From Candidatus Omnitrophota bacterium (GTDB lineage: Bacteria; Omnitrophota; Gorgyraeia; Gygaellales; Profunditerraquicolaceae), in assembly GCA_026387255.1 (NCBI GenBank), contig JAPLMA010000109.1, positions 1 to 52,557 on the forward strand: a stretch of 52,557 nucleotides of DNA, read 5' to 3'. Both the position numbers and the translations under genes were made by a program. Shown here piece after piece: positions 9,424-20,716 of the stretch. Within the stretch, counting starts at the first letter, position 1; the number at the start of each line of letters is the position of its first letter. The notes beneath the pieces are model-generated. The model ran no database searches. It was not told the origin of the DNA and saw only the letters and a program-made list of their open reading frames with translations.

Positions 9424-10671
9424 CTAAATAACAATAAGTCTAGAGATCTCTTCAACTGCCTGTGACCGGGGTTTGATTATCTTTTGTTTAGTCGAGCGCA
9501 CCTTGATCTCAATGGTCTGTTCAACAAGCGAATTGCGGCCAATAACCACTTGTAGAGGAATACCTAAAAGATCCGCGTCCTTAAACTTCACACCCGCGCG
9601 CTCATCGCGATCATCCAAAAGCACCTGGTATCCTAAACCCGCCAACTGATCATGTAATGTGATTGCCTCCTGCATAATTTGGCTATTCGTCACATCCAGA
9701 GGCAAAACTAAAATCTGATAAGGAGCGACCTCCTGAGGCCAAATAATTCCTTCCGCGTCATTATTCTGCTCAATGATTGAGGAAACCAAACGCGATACGC
9801 CAATCCCATAGCAACCCATAATTATTGGTTTGAGTTCTCCTTTAGCATCCGCGAAATTTGCACCTAAGGCCTGGCTATATTTTATCCCTAATTTAAATAT
9901 ATGGCCGACCTCAATAGTATTAACCTTATCCATCTGAAAGTTACATTTAGAACATAACAAACTATCAGTATTGAAAGCTTTAACCTGGTTACATTTCTTA
10001 CATACCAAAACTAGATCTTCTCCCTGCGCAGCCGGCACCATAAATTCATGAGACTCTTTACCTCCCATAACCCCAGAATCTGCTTGTGTGATTAAAACAG
10101 TCAGCCCGCAACGCTTAAATATTCTTTTATAAGCCTCATACATTAATTGGTAATTTTTATCTAATCCCACTTGGTCCTGATCAAAACTATAGGCGTCTTT
10201 CATGATGAATTCACATGCGCGAATTAAGCCATTGCGCGGCCTTATTTCATCGCGAAATTTAGTTTGTATCTGATAGAGCACTCTGGGTAATTGCCTATAG
10301 CTAGAAATTTCACCTTTAACCAAATCCGTAATTACCTCTTCATGAGTGGGGCCTAAAACAACATTTCTTCCGCGACGGTCAATAAATTTAAACATTACCT
10401 CACCAATATCCTTATCCCGGCCGGTTTTCTGCCAAAGCTCTAAGGGCTGCAAAGCAGGCAAAAGCAACTCGCTAGCGCCACAAACCTGCATCTCTTGACG
10501 GATTATTTTCTGGATATTCTCTAAAACTCTCAGGCCTAAAGGCAGATAAGAATACGCTCCGGCCATAAGCATACGCGCCAAGCCCGCACGCAACAGTAAT
10601 TTATGGCTTAAAGATTCTGCTTCCTGCGGCGTTTCTTTAAGTGTGGGAATAAATGCCTTGCTCCAATACAT
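9424..10671 (-). CDS. proS: Proline--tRNA ligase, bacterial type but lacking the INS editing domain
   Basis: Bacterial ProRS N-terminus (LLLRAGLARMLMAGAYSYLPLG), motif 2 (RPRNGLIRACEFIMKDAYSF), motif 3 (GCYGIGVSRL), anticodon-binding C-terminus. Only 415 aa. Confidence 0.9.
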   Translation of the reverse strand: MYWSKAFIPTLKETPQEAESLSHKLLLRAGLARMLMAGAYSYLPLGLRVLENIQKIIRQEMQVCGASELLLPALQPLELWQKTGRDKDIGEVMFKFIDRRGRNVVLGPTHEEVITDLVKGEISSYRQLPRVLYQIQTKFRDEIRPRNGLIRACEFIMKDAYSFDQDQVGLDKNYQLMYEAYKRIFKRCGLTVLITQADSGVMGGKESHEFMVPAAQGEDLVLVCKKCNQVKAFNTDSLLCSKCNFQMDKVNTIEVGHIFKLGIKYSQALGANFADAKGELKPIIMGCYGIGVSRLVSSIIEQNNDAEGIIWPQEVAPYQILVLPLDVTNSQIMQEAITLHDQLAGLGYQVLLDDRDERAGVKFKDADLLGIPLQVVIGRNSLVEQTIEIKVRSTKQKIIKPRSQAVEEISRLIVI

Positions 10672-10728
10672 ATTAATCCTTATTAAATATTTCTTTTGAT
10701 AAATTCACGCTACTTTTAGGGACTTTAA

Positions 10729-11796
10729 TCATTTAATTTTCTCTATCTCTCTTAAGAGTACTTTTACGCAATCCTTAAAAGGAATTTTTCTCACCATTTT
10801 ACCCTGGTTAAAAAATAACCCAGCGGATTTTCCAAAAGCAATACCCATATCTGCCTCTTTTGCTTCTCCCGGGCCGTTAACCACGCAACCCATCACTGCT
10901 ACTTTTAAAGGCCCAGCTGTCTTTAAACTTAAAGTAGAATTTATCTTCTGCTCAAGCTCCTTAACCACACTCACCAAATTTACTTCACAGCGGCCGCAAG
11001 TAGGACAGCTTATAATTTGAATATTGTTATTTATCAAGCCCAAAGACTCCAAAATACACTTTGCTGCCCTGACCTCTTCTAGCGGATCATCCGTAAGCGA
11101 CACCCTTATTGTATCACCAACGCCCTCAGATAGCAAAACCCCTAAAGCAATGCTGGATTTTATTATCCCCTTATACACAGATCCGGCAGCAGTAACCCCA
11201 AGGTGCAAAGGATAATTACAAACTCGCGATATCTTACGATAAGCGGCTATAGTGTCCAAAGCATTTGAAGCTTTAAGCGAAATTACTATATTGTCAAATT
11301 TAAGTTTTTCTATCTTTCTGATATAACCTAAACAGGAACGCACTAACCTCTCTGGCATCCGCGTGCGTTTTGCACCATGTTCTTTAACTGAACCAGAATT
11401 AAGCCCAATACGTAATGGTACGCCGGCATACTTTAAAGCAGAAATTACCTCTTTAATCTGGCTATCCTTATCAATATTTCCTGGATTAAGCCGAATCTTA
11501 TCCGCTCCATTCTCAACAGCAGCAATAGCTAACCGCCAATCAAAATGTATATCCGCGACCAACGGTAAATTTGTGTTTTTCTTAATCTCTTTTAACGCCC
11601 GAGCATCAGTAAAATCCTTGATTGCTAAACGTACGATCAAACATCCCGCATCTTCTAACTGGTTAATCTGCTTAACTGTTTTAGAGACATCAGCAGTCTT
11701 AGTTTTAGTCATTGATTGAATGGCGATAGGATTGAGGCCACCAATCCTTACCTTACCAATCTTAATAACCTTACTTTTTCTACGCTGAATCTCCAT
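10729..11796 (-). CDS. ispG: 4-hydroxy-3-methylbut-2-en-1-yl diphosphate synthase IspG
   Basis: PIAIQSMT, VRLAI, RINPGNI-like RLNPGNI, CPTCGRC and MGCVVNGPGEA motifs. Confidence 0.95.
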   Translation of the reverse strand: MEIQRRKSKVIKIGKVRIGGLNPIAIQSMTKTKTADVSKTVKQINQLEDAGCLIVRLAIKDFTDARALKEIKKNTNLPLVADIHFDWRLAIAAVENGADKIRLNPGNIDKDSQIKEVISALKYAGVPLRIGLNSGSVKEHGAKRTRMPERLVRSCLGYIRKIEKLKFDNIVISLKASNALDTIAAYRKISRVCNYPLHLGVTAAGSVYKGIIKSSIALGVLLSEGVGDTIRVSLTDDPLEEVRAAKCILESLGLINNNIQIISCPTCGRCEVNLVSVVKELEQKINSTLSLKTAGPLKVAVMGCVVNGPGEAKEADMGIAFGKSAGLFFNQGKMVRKIPFKDCVKVLLREIEKIK

Positions 11797-11797
11797 A

Positions 11798-12880
11798 TTA
11801 TTTTCCTACCCACTTACTTATTTTCTCTCCATAAAGCCTCAATATATCATTATAAGTAACGAATAAAGCAAGCATAATCATCAAACTCACTCCGATGTTA
11901 TTAACTATCTGTTCTGCCTTTATACCCAATGTTTTTTTTCTAAACTTCTCTAACCCCAATAAGAATATATGCCCTCCGTCTAGAATAGGCAAAGGAAGCA
12001 GATTAAATACCGCCAGACTTACACTTAAAACTGCCACCAGATGCATCACCGCGATTAATCCTAATTTTGCGGCTTTGGAGGTAATAAAAAATATACCTAA
12101 AGGCCCGGCCATAGAATCACGCATAGACATTTTTCCAGTTACCAGGCGCCATATTCCTTTATAAGTCATCACGGTTAAATCAAACGTTTTCTTTAATCCC
12201 AGATACGCGGATTCAATCAGCCCATGCCTTACCTCCAGGACTTCATCAAAAGGAGTAATACCGATTATACCCAAAGATTTCTTTTCTCCTAACTGATTAT
12301 CAAGAACCTTGCTCTTAATCGCTACATTGAATTTCAACTTTTGCGCATTACGGATTAATAAGAGCTCAATTGAGTCAGAAGCTTTATTCTTTTGAATCTG
12401 ATTCTGTAAATCCTCCCAAGAATCAACATTTTGGCCATTGATCGCTATAATTTTATCCGCTACCTGCAGGCCGGCATCTTTAGCACCATATCCATCAATT
12501 AAACCGCCAACCTTAGTGGTCAATGTAGGATACCCCGCAAACAAAATAAACCAAAAGAATAAAAACCCTAAGATATAATTTAAAAGCGGCCCACAAAAAA
12601 TAATCTGAAACCTTTTACCGGGTGATTTTGAAAAATACTCATCAGCCTTGCCTTTACATTCTGCAAGATTATCTCCAGACATCTTCACATAGCCACCCAA
12701 AGGAATAAGACTTAAAGAATATTTCGTATCTCCAATTATCTTAATAAACAACTGCGGGCCAAAACCTAAAGAAAATTCTTCTACGCGTACCCCTGCTCGA
12801 CGTGCAGCGATAAAATGCCCAAACTCATGGACAATAATAAGTAAGCTTAAAATTAATATAAAAACCAAAGTTGCAATCAT
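11798..12880 (-). CDS. rseP: RIP site-2 metalloprotease RseP
   Basis: HEFGH zinc motif at the N-terminus, a central PDZ segment, C-terminal NLLPLPILDGGH motif. dxr-rseP-ispG synteny. Confidence 0.92.
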   Translation of the reverse strand: MIATLVFILILSLLIIVHEFGHFIAARRAGVRVEEFSLGFGPQLFIKIIGDTKYSLSLIPLGGYVKMSGDNLAECKGKADEYFSKSPGKRFQIIFCGPLLNYILGFLFFWFILFAGYPTLTTKVGGLIDGYGAKDAGLQVADKIIAINGQNVDSWEDLQNQIQKNKASDSIELLLIRNAQKLKFNVAIKSKVLDNQLGEKKSLGIIGITPFDEVLEVRHGLIESAYLGLKKTFDLTVMTYKGIWRLVTGKMSMRDSMAGPLGIFFITSKAAKLGLIAVMHLVAVLSVSLAVFNLLPLPILDGGHIFLLGLEKFRKKTLGIKAEQIVNNIGVSLMIMLALFVTYNDILRLYGEKISKWVGK

Positions 12881-14035
12881 TTAACCTAACCTCCCCACTA
12901 CATTATAAGCCTCTTGCCTTGCCCAAGCATCTGCCTGCATGATATCGCTAAGCGAAGGATTGGCTAAATTACGATGTTTACACATCACTTTTTCAACCAC
13001 TTTAGGTATAGTCATAAATTTTATGCTTCCTTTTAGGAATTTCTCCACGCTCACCTCATTAGCCGCATTTAAAACAGCCGGCAGACAACCCAATTGCCTA
13101 GCTGCTTGATAAGCCAACCCCAAACAAGGGAATTTGTTATAATTTGGTTTGGCAAAATGCAACTGTTTGAGAGAATAAAAATCTATTCTCGGAAGTTGAT
13201 TGGCCAATCTTTTAGGATAAGCCAAAGCATACTGAATTGGTATGCGCATATCAGTTGCAGAGAGTTGCGCCATTACCACTCCATCAACAAACTCAATCAT
13301 CGAATGAATTAAGGCTTCTGGATGTATAAGTACCTTAATCTTATTTACCTCTACGTTAAACAAAAACATCGCCTCTAAAATCTCTAACCCTTTATTCATC
13401 AAGGTCGCTGAATCTACCGTGATCTTTTTCCCCATTTTCCAGCGCGGATGATGCAACACATTATTTATAGTAACAGAATTCAGTTTTCTTTTAGAAACAT
13501 TCCTAAACGGGCCACCCGAAGCAGTTAGATAAATCGAGCGAATACTTGCCTGATCCTGACCTAATAAAGCCTGCCAAATTGCTGACTGCTCGCTATCAAT
13601 CGGCAAAATATTTACCTTATGCTTAAGCGCCAAACGCATAATAATTTGCCCAGCCATAACTAAAGCTTCTTTATTCGCTAAAGCAATATCTTTGCCGCTT
13701 TTAATCGCACTAATTAATGGCCCTAAGGCTGCCGCCCCACTAACCGCGAACACCACCTGGTCTATACTCTTATCCTTTACCAGCTCTTCTAAACCAATCT
13801 CTCCACAATATATCTTAACCGAAGAAGGTATTTTTTTTGCCAGCAATCTAGCTTTACACTCATCCCTGACACAGACGTTTTGCGGCTTAAACTCTTTTAT
13901 CTGTTTATACAAACTATCAATATCAGAGTTAACCGCTAACGCCACTACCTGAAAACTACCCGGAAATCTACGCACTACATCCAGCGTACTGGCTCCGATT
14001 GAACCGCTTGAACCCAAAACAGCGATATTTTTCAT
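12881..14035 (-). CDS. dxr: 1-deoxy-D-xylulose 5-phosphate reductoisomerase
   Basis: GSSGSIGASTLDV NADPH motif, LANKEAL, DSEQSAI, HPRWKMGKKITVDSATLMNKGLE blocks. Confidence 0.96.
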   Translation of the reverse strand: MKNIAVLGSSGSIGASTLDVVRRFPGSFQVVALAVNSDIDSLYKQIKEFKPQNVCVRDECKARLLAKKIPSSVKIYCGEIGLEELVKDKSIDQVVFAVSGAAALGPLISAIKSGKDIALANKEALVMAGQIIMRLALKHKVNILPIDSEQSAIWQALLGQDQASIRSIYLTASGGPFRNVSKRKLNSVTINNVLHHPRWKMGKKITVDSATLMNKGLEILEAMFLFNVEVNKIKVLIHPEALIHSMIEFVDGVVMAQLSATDMRIPIQYALAYPKRLANQLPRIDFYSLKQLHFAKPNYNKFPCLGLAYQAARQLGCLPAVLNAANEVSVEKFLKGSIKFMTIPKVVEKVMCKHRNLANPSLSDIMQADAWARQEAYNVVGRLG

Positions 14036-14826
14036 TTTGTAATTGCGCTAAGATAAAAATAAAAAACCGGAGCGGCAAATAACAAACTATCAATTTCATC
14101 AAGCACTCCGCCCATCCCCGGGAATAAATTACTTGAATCCTTAACCTGACAATCACGCTTTAAAAGCGATTCAGAAAGATCCCCCAATTGCCCCAAAACA
14201 CCTAAACCCAAACCGATTAAGATAAGCTGCACATAATTAAAACCTAAAAAAATATTGCACGCCAACGCGCCGATTATACTAAAAATTAAACCTCCCAAAG
14301 ATCCTTCAATAGTTTTATTCGGGCTAATCCTCGGTATCAAAAGATGCTTACCAAAATTACTTCCCACTAAATAAGCGCCAATATCACCTAACTTAGTAAT
14401 GATTAACAACGCCGCTAAAAATGCTAAACCTGAGTCCAAATACCTAATTTTAATTAAAAAACTAAAGAACCAAGAAACATAAAGTATACCAAAAAGCGTA
14501 GTAGAAATATCTACAATTACACCAGAGCTATTTCTACGCTTAAACTGCATCAGGATAAGAAATAACAAAGCCAAAACGATAAATAAAAGCTCCCAACTTT
14601 TAGTCGGCTCGAATCTAAACACTATAGAAAGCGGAATAATTGTACCTATACCAATCCCGAAATATTTGTAAATATTTATTCCTTTTTTCTCGAGCATTAC
14701 AAAATATTCATAAAGGCCGCCAATAATAAATATAACTACCCCCAAACCGCAAAGAAACCTGGAAAAGATAATCGCGACTATAATCGCGATAAGAATTACT
14801 GCACTAATTAACCTCTTGGTCAGCAT
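14032..14826 (-). CDS. cdsA: Phosphatidate cytidylyltransferase CdsA
   Basis: Polytopic membrane protein with the C-terminal signature SLLKRDCQVKDSSNLFPGMGGVLDEIDS. The ATG at 14826 is preceded by GGAGGAATTG. The track's upstream start at 14865 has no SD. Confidence 0.88.
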   Translation of the reverse strand: MLTKRLISAVILIAIIVAIIFSRFLCGLGVVIFIIGGLYEYFVMLEKKGINIYKYFGIGIGTIIPLSIVFRFEPTKSWELLFIVLALLFLILMQFKRRNSSGVIVDISTTLFGILYVSWFFSFLIKIRYLDSGLAFLAALLIITKLGDIGAYLVGSNFGKHLLIPRISPNKTIEGSLGGLIFSIIGALACNIFLGFNYVQLILIGLGLGVLGQLGDLSESLLKRDCQVKDSSNLFPGMGGVLDEIDSLLFAAPVFYFYLSAITK

Positions 14827-15529
14827 CAATTCCTCCAAATCTTCTTTCTCTTGTTTTAAAATCACGGATTGCTTCTTTTAAATCATTGATTGTAAAATCC
14901 GGCCAATATTTGTTAAAAAAATATAACTCCGCGTAAGAAAGCTGCCAAAGCATAAAATTACTAATCCGCATCTCCCCGCTCGTGCGAATTAATAAATCCG
15001 GATCGGGCAAATCAGCGGTATAAAGATAACGTGAAAATATTTCAGGAGTAAGCTGCTTTAATAAAGCGTCATCCTTAAGCGCATAAGTTGTAAACCGTTT
15101 AACCGCGTCCACAATCTCCTGCCGGCTGCCATAATTTAAAGCCAGAACAACAATTAAGCCGGTATTATCTTTTGTCCGACTTTCAGCTTTTTGGATCTTT
15201 TGCTGAATAAACTTAGGCAATGGATTACCTTGGCCAATGACTCGAAAACGCATATTGTTACGCTCTAGTTCTTTAATTTGGCCATCTAAGAATTTATCAA
15301 GATAACGCATAAGCGCATCTATTTCTTTTTTTGGCCGATCCCAATTTTCAGTAGAAAAAGCAAAAAAAGTAACTATCTCTACTCCAAGTTCACTTGCGCC
15401 GCGAACAATCTCCTTCAACCGCTGCACGCCCCGGCGATGTCCGGCAGTTCGCGCGAGACCTCTTTCCTTGGCCCAACGGCCATTACCATCCATAATAAAA
15501 GCTATGTGCTTAGGGATTTTATCCTGCAT
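14804..15529 (-). CDS. uppS: Undecaprenyl (isoprenyl) diphosphate synthase UppS
   Basis: HIAFIMDGNGRWA, FAFSTENWDRP and IRTSGEMRISNFMLWQLSYAELYF are canonical cis-prenyltransferase motifs. Confidence 0.96.
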   Translation of the reverse strand: MQDKIPKHIAFIMDGNGRWAKERGLARTAGHRRGVQRLKEIVRGASELGVEIVTFFAFSTENWDRPKKEIDALMRYLDKFLDGQIKELERNNMRFRVIGQGNPLPKFIQQKIQKAESRTKDNTGLIVVLALNYGSRQEIVDAVKRFTTYALKDDALLKQLTPEIFSRYLYTADLPDPDLLIRTSGEMRISNFMLWQLSYAELYFFNKYWPDFTINDLKEAIRDFKTRERRFGGIDADQEVN

Positions 15530-15530
15530 A

Positions 15531-17111
15531 CTACTGATGAACCTGGTAATCTATGTCCGGAAAGAGATTGTCTTTAGATTCAACATCCGCAAGCCAATTT
15601 TCGTCAATCTGATTAGACTTAACATCTTCATAAATCCGGTTGAACCTTAAAAGATGGTCTTTAGTGCGGCCGACCGCATAACTGGTATGTGTACCGGTGC
15701 CTAAAATAAATGCCCAATCCGAACTCTGTGCCAGGAGCAATTCACGCAAAGCCTGATTCAAGGCCCGACGCTCTAAACCCTGGGCGCCGGGATTATTCCT
15801 GACCAATTCACTCATCCGCTCTGAAGCTACATGCAAGTGACGGTAAATCCAATCATTGGTTCCTTGCAACCACATTTCCGAATACCCTTTATAACCCCAA
15901 CTAGAGAAAGACGGAGTAACTACCTGATTACGCGGATTCTGATCTAAATATTCGCTCGGAGTGATCAAGCTAATTTCATTCTGGTCGCAAGCAATTTTAC
16001 GAAATAAGAAATCCAACCACATCGGGCCCTCATACCACCAATGCCCAAAAAGCTCAGCATCATAAGGCGAAACAAGAATCGGGGGCTTACCCATCAGGTC
16101 GTTGAGATAACCTGCTTGTTTCTGACGATTAAACATAAAATTACCCGCATGCTCTGCTGAGCGATCCTTTGCCCACTGCGCGACGTAAGGCGACTTATGA
16201 TTGCTGTTACCTGTAATCCGGTAATATTTGATTCCCGTATTAATGCGTACTCCATCCGGATGAATATAAGGCTTGATATAATCAAACTCCAGATCAAAAC
16301 CTACATCCCGGTAAAATTCTCGATAGTTATAATCGCCAGGATAACCTTCGATAGAACTCCAGACCTGCTTTGAAGATTCCAGATCCCTGCCAAAAGCGGC
16401 TACTCCGGTCCCCTTACAATAAACCGGAGCAAACACCCCATATTTAGGGCGCGGAGTTCCATGTAATATTCCATGCGCGTCCGTAAAAAAATAACGTAGC
16501 CCTGCTTCTTTGAATATTTCATCGTGTCCCGGACAAAAACCACACTCCGGCAACCAAATACCCCGGGGCCTTCTGCCAAAGGTGCCTTCATAATGATCCG
16601 CAGCCACCTTTACCTGAGCGCGCACCGAATCACGACAAACATCCATCAACGGAAAAAATCCATGGGTAGCCCCACAGGTAATTATCTCTAACTTTCCTAA
16701 ATCTTGAAATTTTTTAAAAGCCGACACCAAATTAAAGTTATATTTCTGGAAAATATCCCGGGCATGTGAAAATCTATCAAAATACATTTCTGACAGATTT
16801 TTAAAATCCGGTTGCCATTTTGTTCTCTCAATCTCTTTTTGACTCAATTCAATAAGCTTATTAATATGCTTTAAATAACGCTGCTGCAACAAGGGGTCAG
16901 CCAGCATTGAAATAAGTGTAGGGCTTAAGGTCATCGTAATTCTGAAATCTATACCATCATTTACTAAACCCTGAAAAACAGAGATTAGAGGTACATAGGT
17001 TTCGGTAATCGCCTCATAAAGCCAATCCTCCTCTAAAAAATTCTCATGTTCCGGATGGCGCACAAAAGGCAAATGTCCATGCAGAACTAAACAAAGGTAT
17101 CCTTTAGGCAT
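15531..17111 (-). CDS. GH57-family 1,4-alpha-glucan branching enzyme
   Basis: N-terminus GYLCLVLHGHLPFVRHPEHENFLEEDWLYEAITETYVPL and the later WLPECG and ELFGHWWYEGP blocks match GH57 branching enzymes (Thermococcus TK1436 type). Confidence 0.85.
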   Translation of the reverse strand: MPKGYLCLVLHGHLPFVRHPEHENFLEEDWLYEAITETYVPLISVFQGLVNDGIDFRITMTLSPTLISMLADPLLQQRYLKHINKLIELSQKEIERTKWQPDFKNLSEMYFDRFSHARDIFQKYNFNLVSAFKKFQDLGKLEIITCGATHGFFPLMDVCRDSVRAQVKVAADHYEGTFGRRPRGIWLPECGFCPGHDEIFKEAGLRYFFTDAHGILHGTPRPKYGVFAPVYCKGTGVAAFGRDLESSKQVWSSIEGYPGDYNYREFYRDVGFDLEFDYIKPYIHPDGVRINTGIKYYRITGNSNHKSPYVAQWAKDRSAEHAGNFMFNRQKQAGYLNDLMGKPPILVSPYDAELFGHWWYEGPMWLDFLFRKIACDQNEISLITPSEYLDQNPRNQVVTPSFSSWGYKGYSEMWLQGTNDWIYRHLHVASERMSELVRNNPGAQGLERRALNQALRELLLAQSSDWAFILGTGTHTSYAVGRTKDHLLRFNRIYEDVKSNQIDENWLADVESKDNLFPDIDYQVHQ

Positions 17112-17177
17112 AAATTTTAACTCCTTAGTTTTGAATCTAGCGAAATCACTGATTAAATTAAAATCCAGATCAAAATA

Positions 17178-18167
17178 TTATTTGGTTTCTCGAGTTACGG
17201 TTGGAGTAATCGTCCGCTCTTCTAATTTATCAGCAGAAGTTGCCTTAACCGGAATTATCTGTTTTCCATCGGGTAAATAATATCGCAAGGTAAAGGTACC
17301 GTCCGGTCTTAATTTAATCGGTACCTTCTGTACGGTTACCTGAGCATCTGCTTGCGTTGCTCCATAAACAATTAATTCACAATCCACTTTCAGCCAAAAA
17401 TTTCTCTCTTTACCCTCTTTCTTTACCGGACTGCTGGATAACCCTGAACTAAACAGCCCCTGCTTTAAGCGTTCCTGCCAGGCACCTCCTACTGGCGAAC
17501 TTTTGCCCAGCCCAAAACCCATGCCATAAAGCCGAGCAAACATCTCCTCAGGGACCATCCACTCTTCATCAGTAACCCAAGAAGGTCCATCTAATGGAGT
17601 CCGCACGAGATTAGAGCGTAAAATAGTAATAAATCTACCATCCGCTAGCATTAATCCTAGATCCACACACCAAGCGCGGCCCGGGCCGGCCGTATCCACA
17701 TACCAGCTATTAGCAAAATCATTAATCTGAATATCAAAAAACCTATTGGCATTAAATCCGTTAAATAAAATATTCGTAACATCATAAACTCTTAAAACTC
17801 TTTTGGCGCGGTAAAAATCATCACCAAATTTACTCTTTAAGCCCCCAATAGTCTGATCCCTTAACTCCCAATAAGTATGCAACCAACGCGGATCACGAAC
17901 CTGTAAAATAATTTTATCCTGATCATAAAAAGAAGGAAGCTCTTGCGGCCAAGCCGCAGGCCTCTGCGGAGCTAAATAGGTATTTTGTGAATGAGAAAAT
18001 TTCGTATTCGCTATGGCTGTTTCATAAAAGCTAGGAATGTCTTTGGACAGCTTCTTATTTAGAACTCTATTTGAAGATGATTTATTTTTTGAACTAAGTT
18101 TAAGTTTAGATTTTGCTTTTGCAATAGCCTTCATTAATACTTCTTTTGATTTTTTCAATATTTTCAT
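17178..18167 (-). CDS. DUF4912-like protein (usual GH57 neighbour)
   Basis: Basic N-terminus, then DPRWLHTYWEL...RVYDVT...WYVD blocks that I recall from DUF4912. The ATG at 18167 is preceded by GGAGGGAGG. The first track codon is GTG. Confidence 0.55.
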   Translation of the reverse strand: MKILKKSKEVLMKAIAKAKSKLKLSSKNKSSSNRVLNKKLSKDIPSFYETAIANTKFSHSQNTYLAPQRPAAWPQELPSFYDQDKIILQVRDPRWLHTYWELRDQTIGGLKSKFGDDFYRAKRVLRVYDVTNILFNGFNANRFFDIQINDFANSWYVDTAGPGRAWCVDLGLMLADGRFITILRSNLVRTPLDGPSWVTDEEWMVPEEMFARLYGMGFGLGKSSPVGGAWQERLKQGLFSSGLSSSPVKKEGKERNFWLKVDCELIVYGATQADAQVTVQKVPIKLRPDGTFTLRYYLPDGKQIIPVKATSADKLEERTITPTVTRETK

Positions 18168-18188
18168 CACTTTCTGCCTCCCTCCAAT

Positions 18189-18211
18189 AAAAAAAGGGAA
18201 TTCTCTTCCCC
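18189..18211 (-). terminator. Possible short intrinsic terminator
   Basis: Minus strand GGGAAGAGAAUUCCC (5-bp stem) followed by UUUUUUU, downstream of the 18254 stop. The stem is weak. Confidence 0.3.
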
Positions 18212-18253
18212 ATTATAAAACTATCAACGCCTTACTTTCTGCCCCTCCTTATT

Positions 18254-18637
18254 TCATTTCTTAGGCTTCTTCCCATTTATCAGAACTTGCCTTAACTCCT
18301 CTTCCAGGGTTTCTTTAAGCTTAGTTACCTTCTCTAGCTCTTCTTTTAAACTCTTGTTTACCAACTGATCCTGAACTAAAGCTTTCTTGGCTGCCTCTAG
18401 AGCTACTTTTAACTCTTGTATCTGATTCTCTTTAGCCTTGGCTTTTTCCTCTAGAGCTGATTTCTCTTGCACATATTTACTTGTTTTTTCTTCCAAGGCA
18501 AGACGCGCAGCCATCTCTTTATCGCGCGCAGTCTTCTGGCGTATCGCGCTAGAACAAGAACTAAGCGTACCGAAAAAGAAAACCACCGATAATATCGCTA
18601 AAATTATTACGATACGATTTTTCAAAGCCTCATCCAT
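18254..18637 (-). CDS. Coiled-coil lipoprotein, function unknown
   Basis: Signal peptide ending in the lipobox-like TLSSC, then a heptad-rich E/K/L sequence. The ATG at 18637 is preferred over the TTG at 18643. Confidence 0.5.
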   Translation of the reverse strand: MDEALKNRIVIILAILSVVFFFGTLSSCSSAIRQKTARDKEMAARLALEEKTSKYVQEKSALEEKAKAKENQIQELKVALEAAKKALVQDQLVNKSLKEELEKVTKLKETLEEELRQVLINGKKPKK

Positions 18638-18653
18638 ATTCAAAAACCTAAAT

Positions 18654-19304
18654 CTACTTAAGATTCTCTTGGGGTTCTTTTAATTCATGAGCACCCGTAG
18701 AATCACCCTTAACTTTAGTAATATTAGGCAAGATAACTATCTCTACCCGGCGATTTTGTTTACGGCCATCTGAAGAGTCATTGGAAACCAGCGGACGATA
18801 TTCACCATACCCAATCGCCGACAACCTCTCCGGTGATATTCCCTGATCATTTGCCAAATAATGTAAAACACTTAAGGCCCGGGCAGTAGAAAGCTCCCAA
18901 TTAGACTTCCATCCGCTCTGTTTAATCGGAACATTATCTGTGTGACCTTCTATACCTATATTAAACTGCGCCATATTATCTCTTAATATCGCTGACACCT
19001 TAGCCAGTAAAGGAAGCGCCTCAGATCTAATCTTGGCTTTCCCGGAATCAAATAAAAGGTCTCCGACGACGGTAATCACTAATCCTTTCTCCATCATCTG
19101 GAGCTTAATCTGCTTATCATCTATCTCTGCACCAAGTTTCTGTTCCAGCAGGCCTTTAGAACGAACCAGCTCATCCAGCTGAGCGCTTAACTCTTGGATT
19201 TTTTGAGCATCAGAACGTTTACCGGCTTGAAAAATAAACGTACAACCCGCTAAACTAAAAGTTATAAATGAAATTAATACAAATTTAATAAAATTATTTA
19301 CCAT
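18654..19304 (-). CDS. OmpA/MotB-family peptidoglycan-binding lipoprotein with N-terminal coiled coil
   Basis: Lipobox SLAGC. OmpA-like C-terminal domain: GHTDNVPI...NWELSTARALSV...GYGEYRP...NRRVEIVI. SD AAGGAGAGG before the ATG. Confidence 0.82.
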   Translation of the reverse strand: MVNNFIKFVLISFITFSLAGCTFIFQAGKRSDAQKIQELSAQLDELVRSKGLLEQKLGAEIDDKQIKLQMMEKGLVITVVGDLLFDSGKAKIRSEALPLLAKVSAILRDNMAQFNIGIEGHTDNVPIKQSGWKSNWELSTARALSVLHYLANDQGISPERLSAIGYGEYRPLVSNDSSDGRKQNRRVEIVILPNITKVKGDSTGAHELKEPQENLK

Positions 19305-19377
19305 TTTTTCCTCTCCTTAGCTTTGGCTATTGGTAGACCACAAATCAGCCTTTTGCTCTGTTTTCTATTGAAATTTG

Positions 19378-19406
19378 AATATAACACAACCTGTTTTATT
19401 AGTCAA
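19378..19406 (-). promoter_or_regulatory. Sigma-70-type promoter with extended -10 for the OmpA-like / coiled-coil / DUF4912 / GH57 gene run
   Basis: Minus strand reads TTGACT (rc of 19401-19406), a 17-nt spacer ending in TGT, then TATATT (rc of 19378-19383). It lies about 70 nt upstream of the 19304 start. Confidence 0.5.
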
Positions 19407-19425
19407 GTGTTTTGTCATCAACCAC

Positions 19426-20706
<1,281 letters not shown>

Positions 20707-20716
20707 TTATGCTTTC

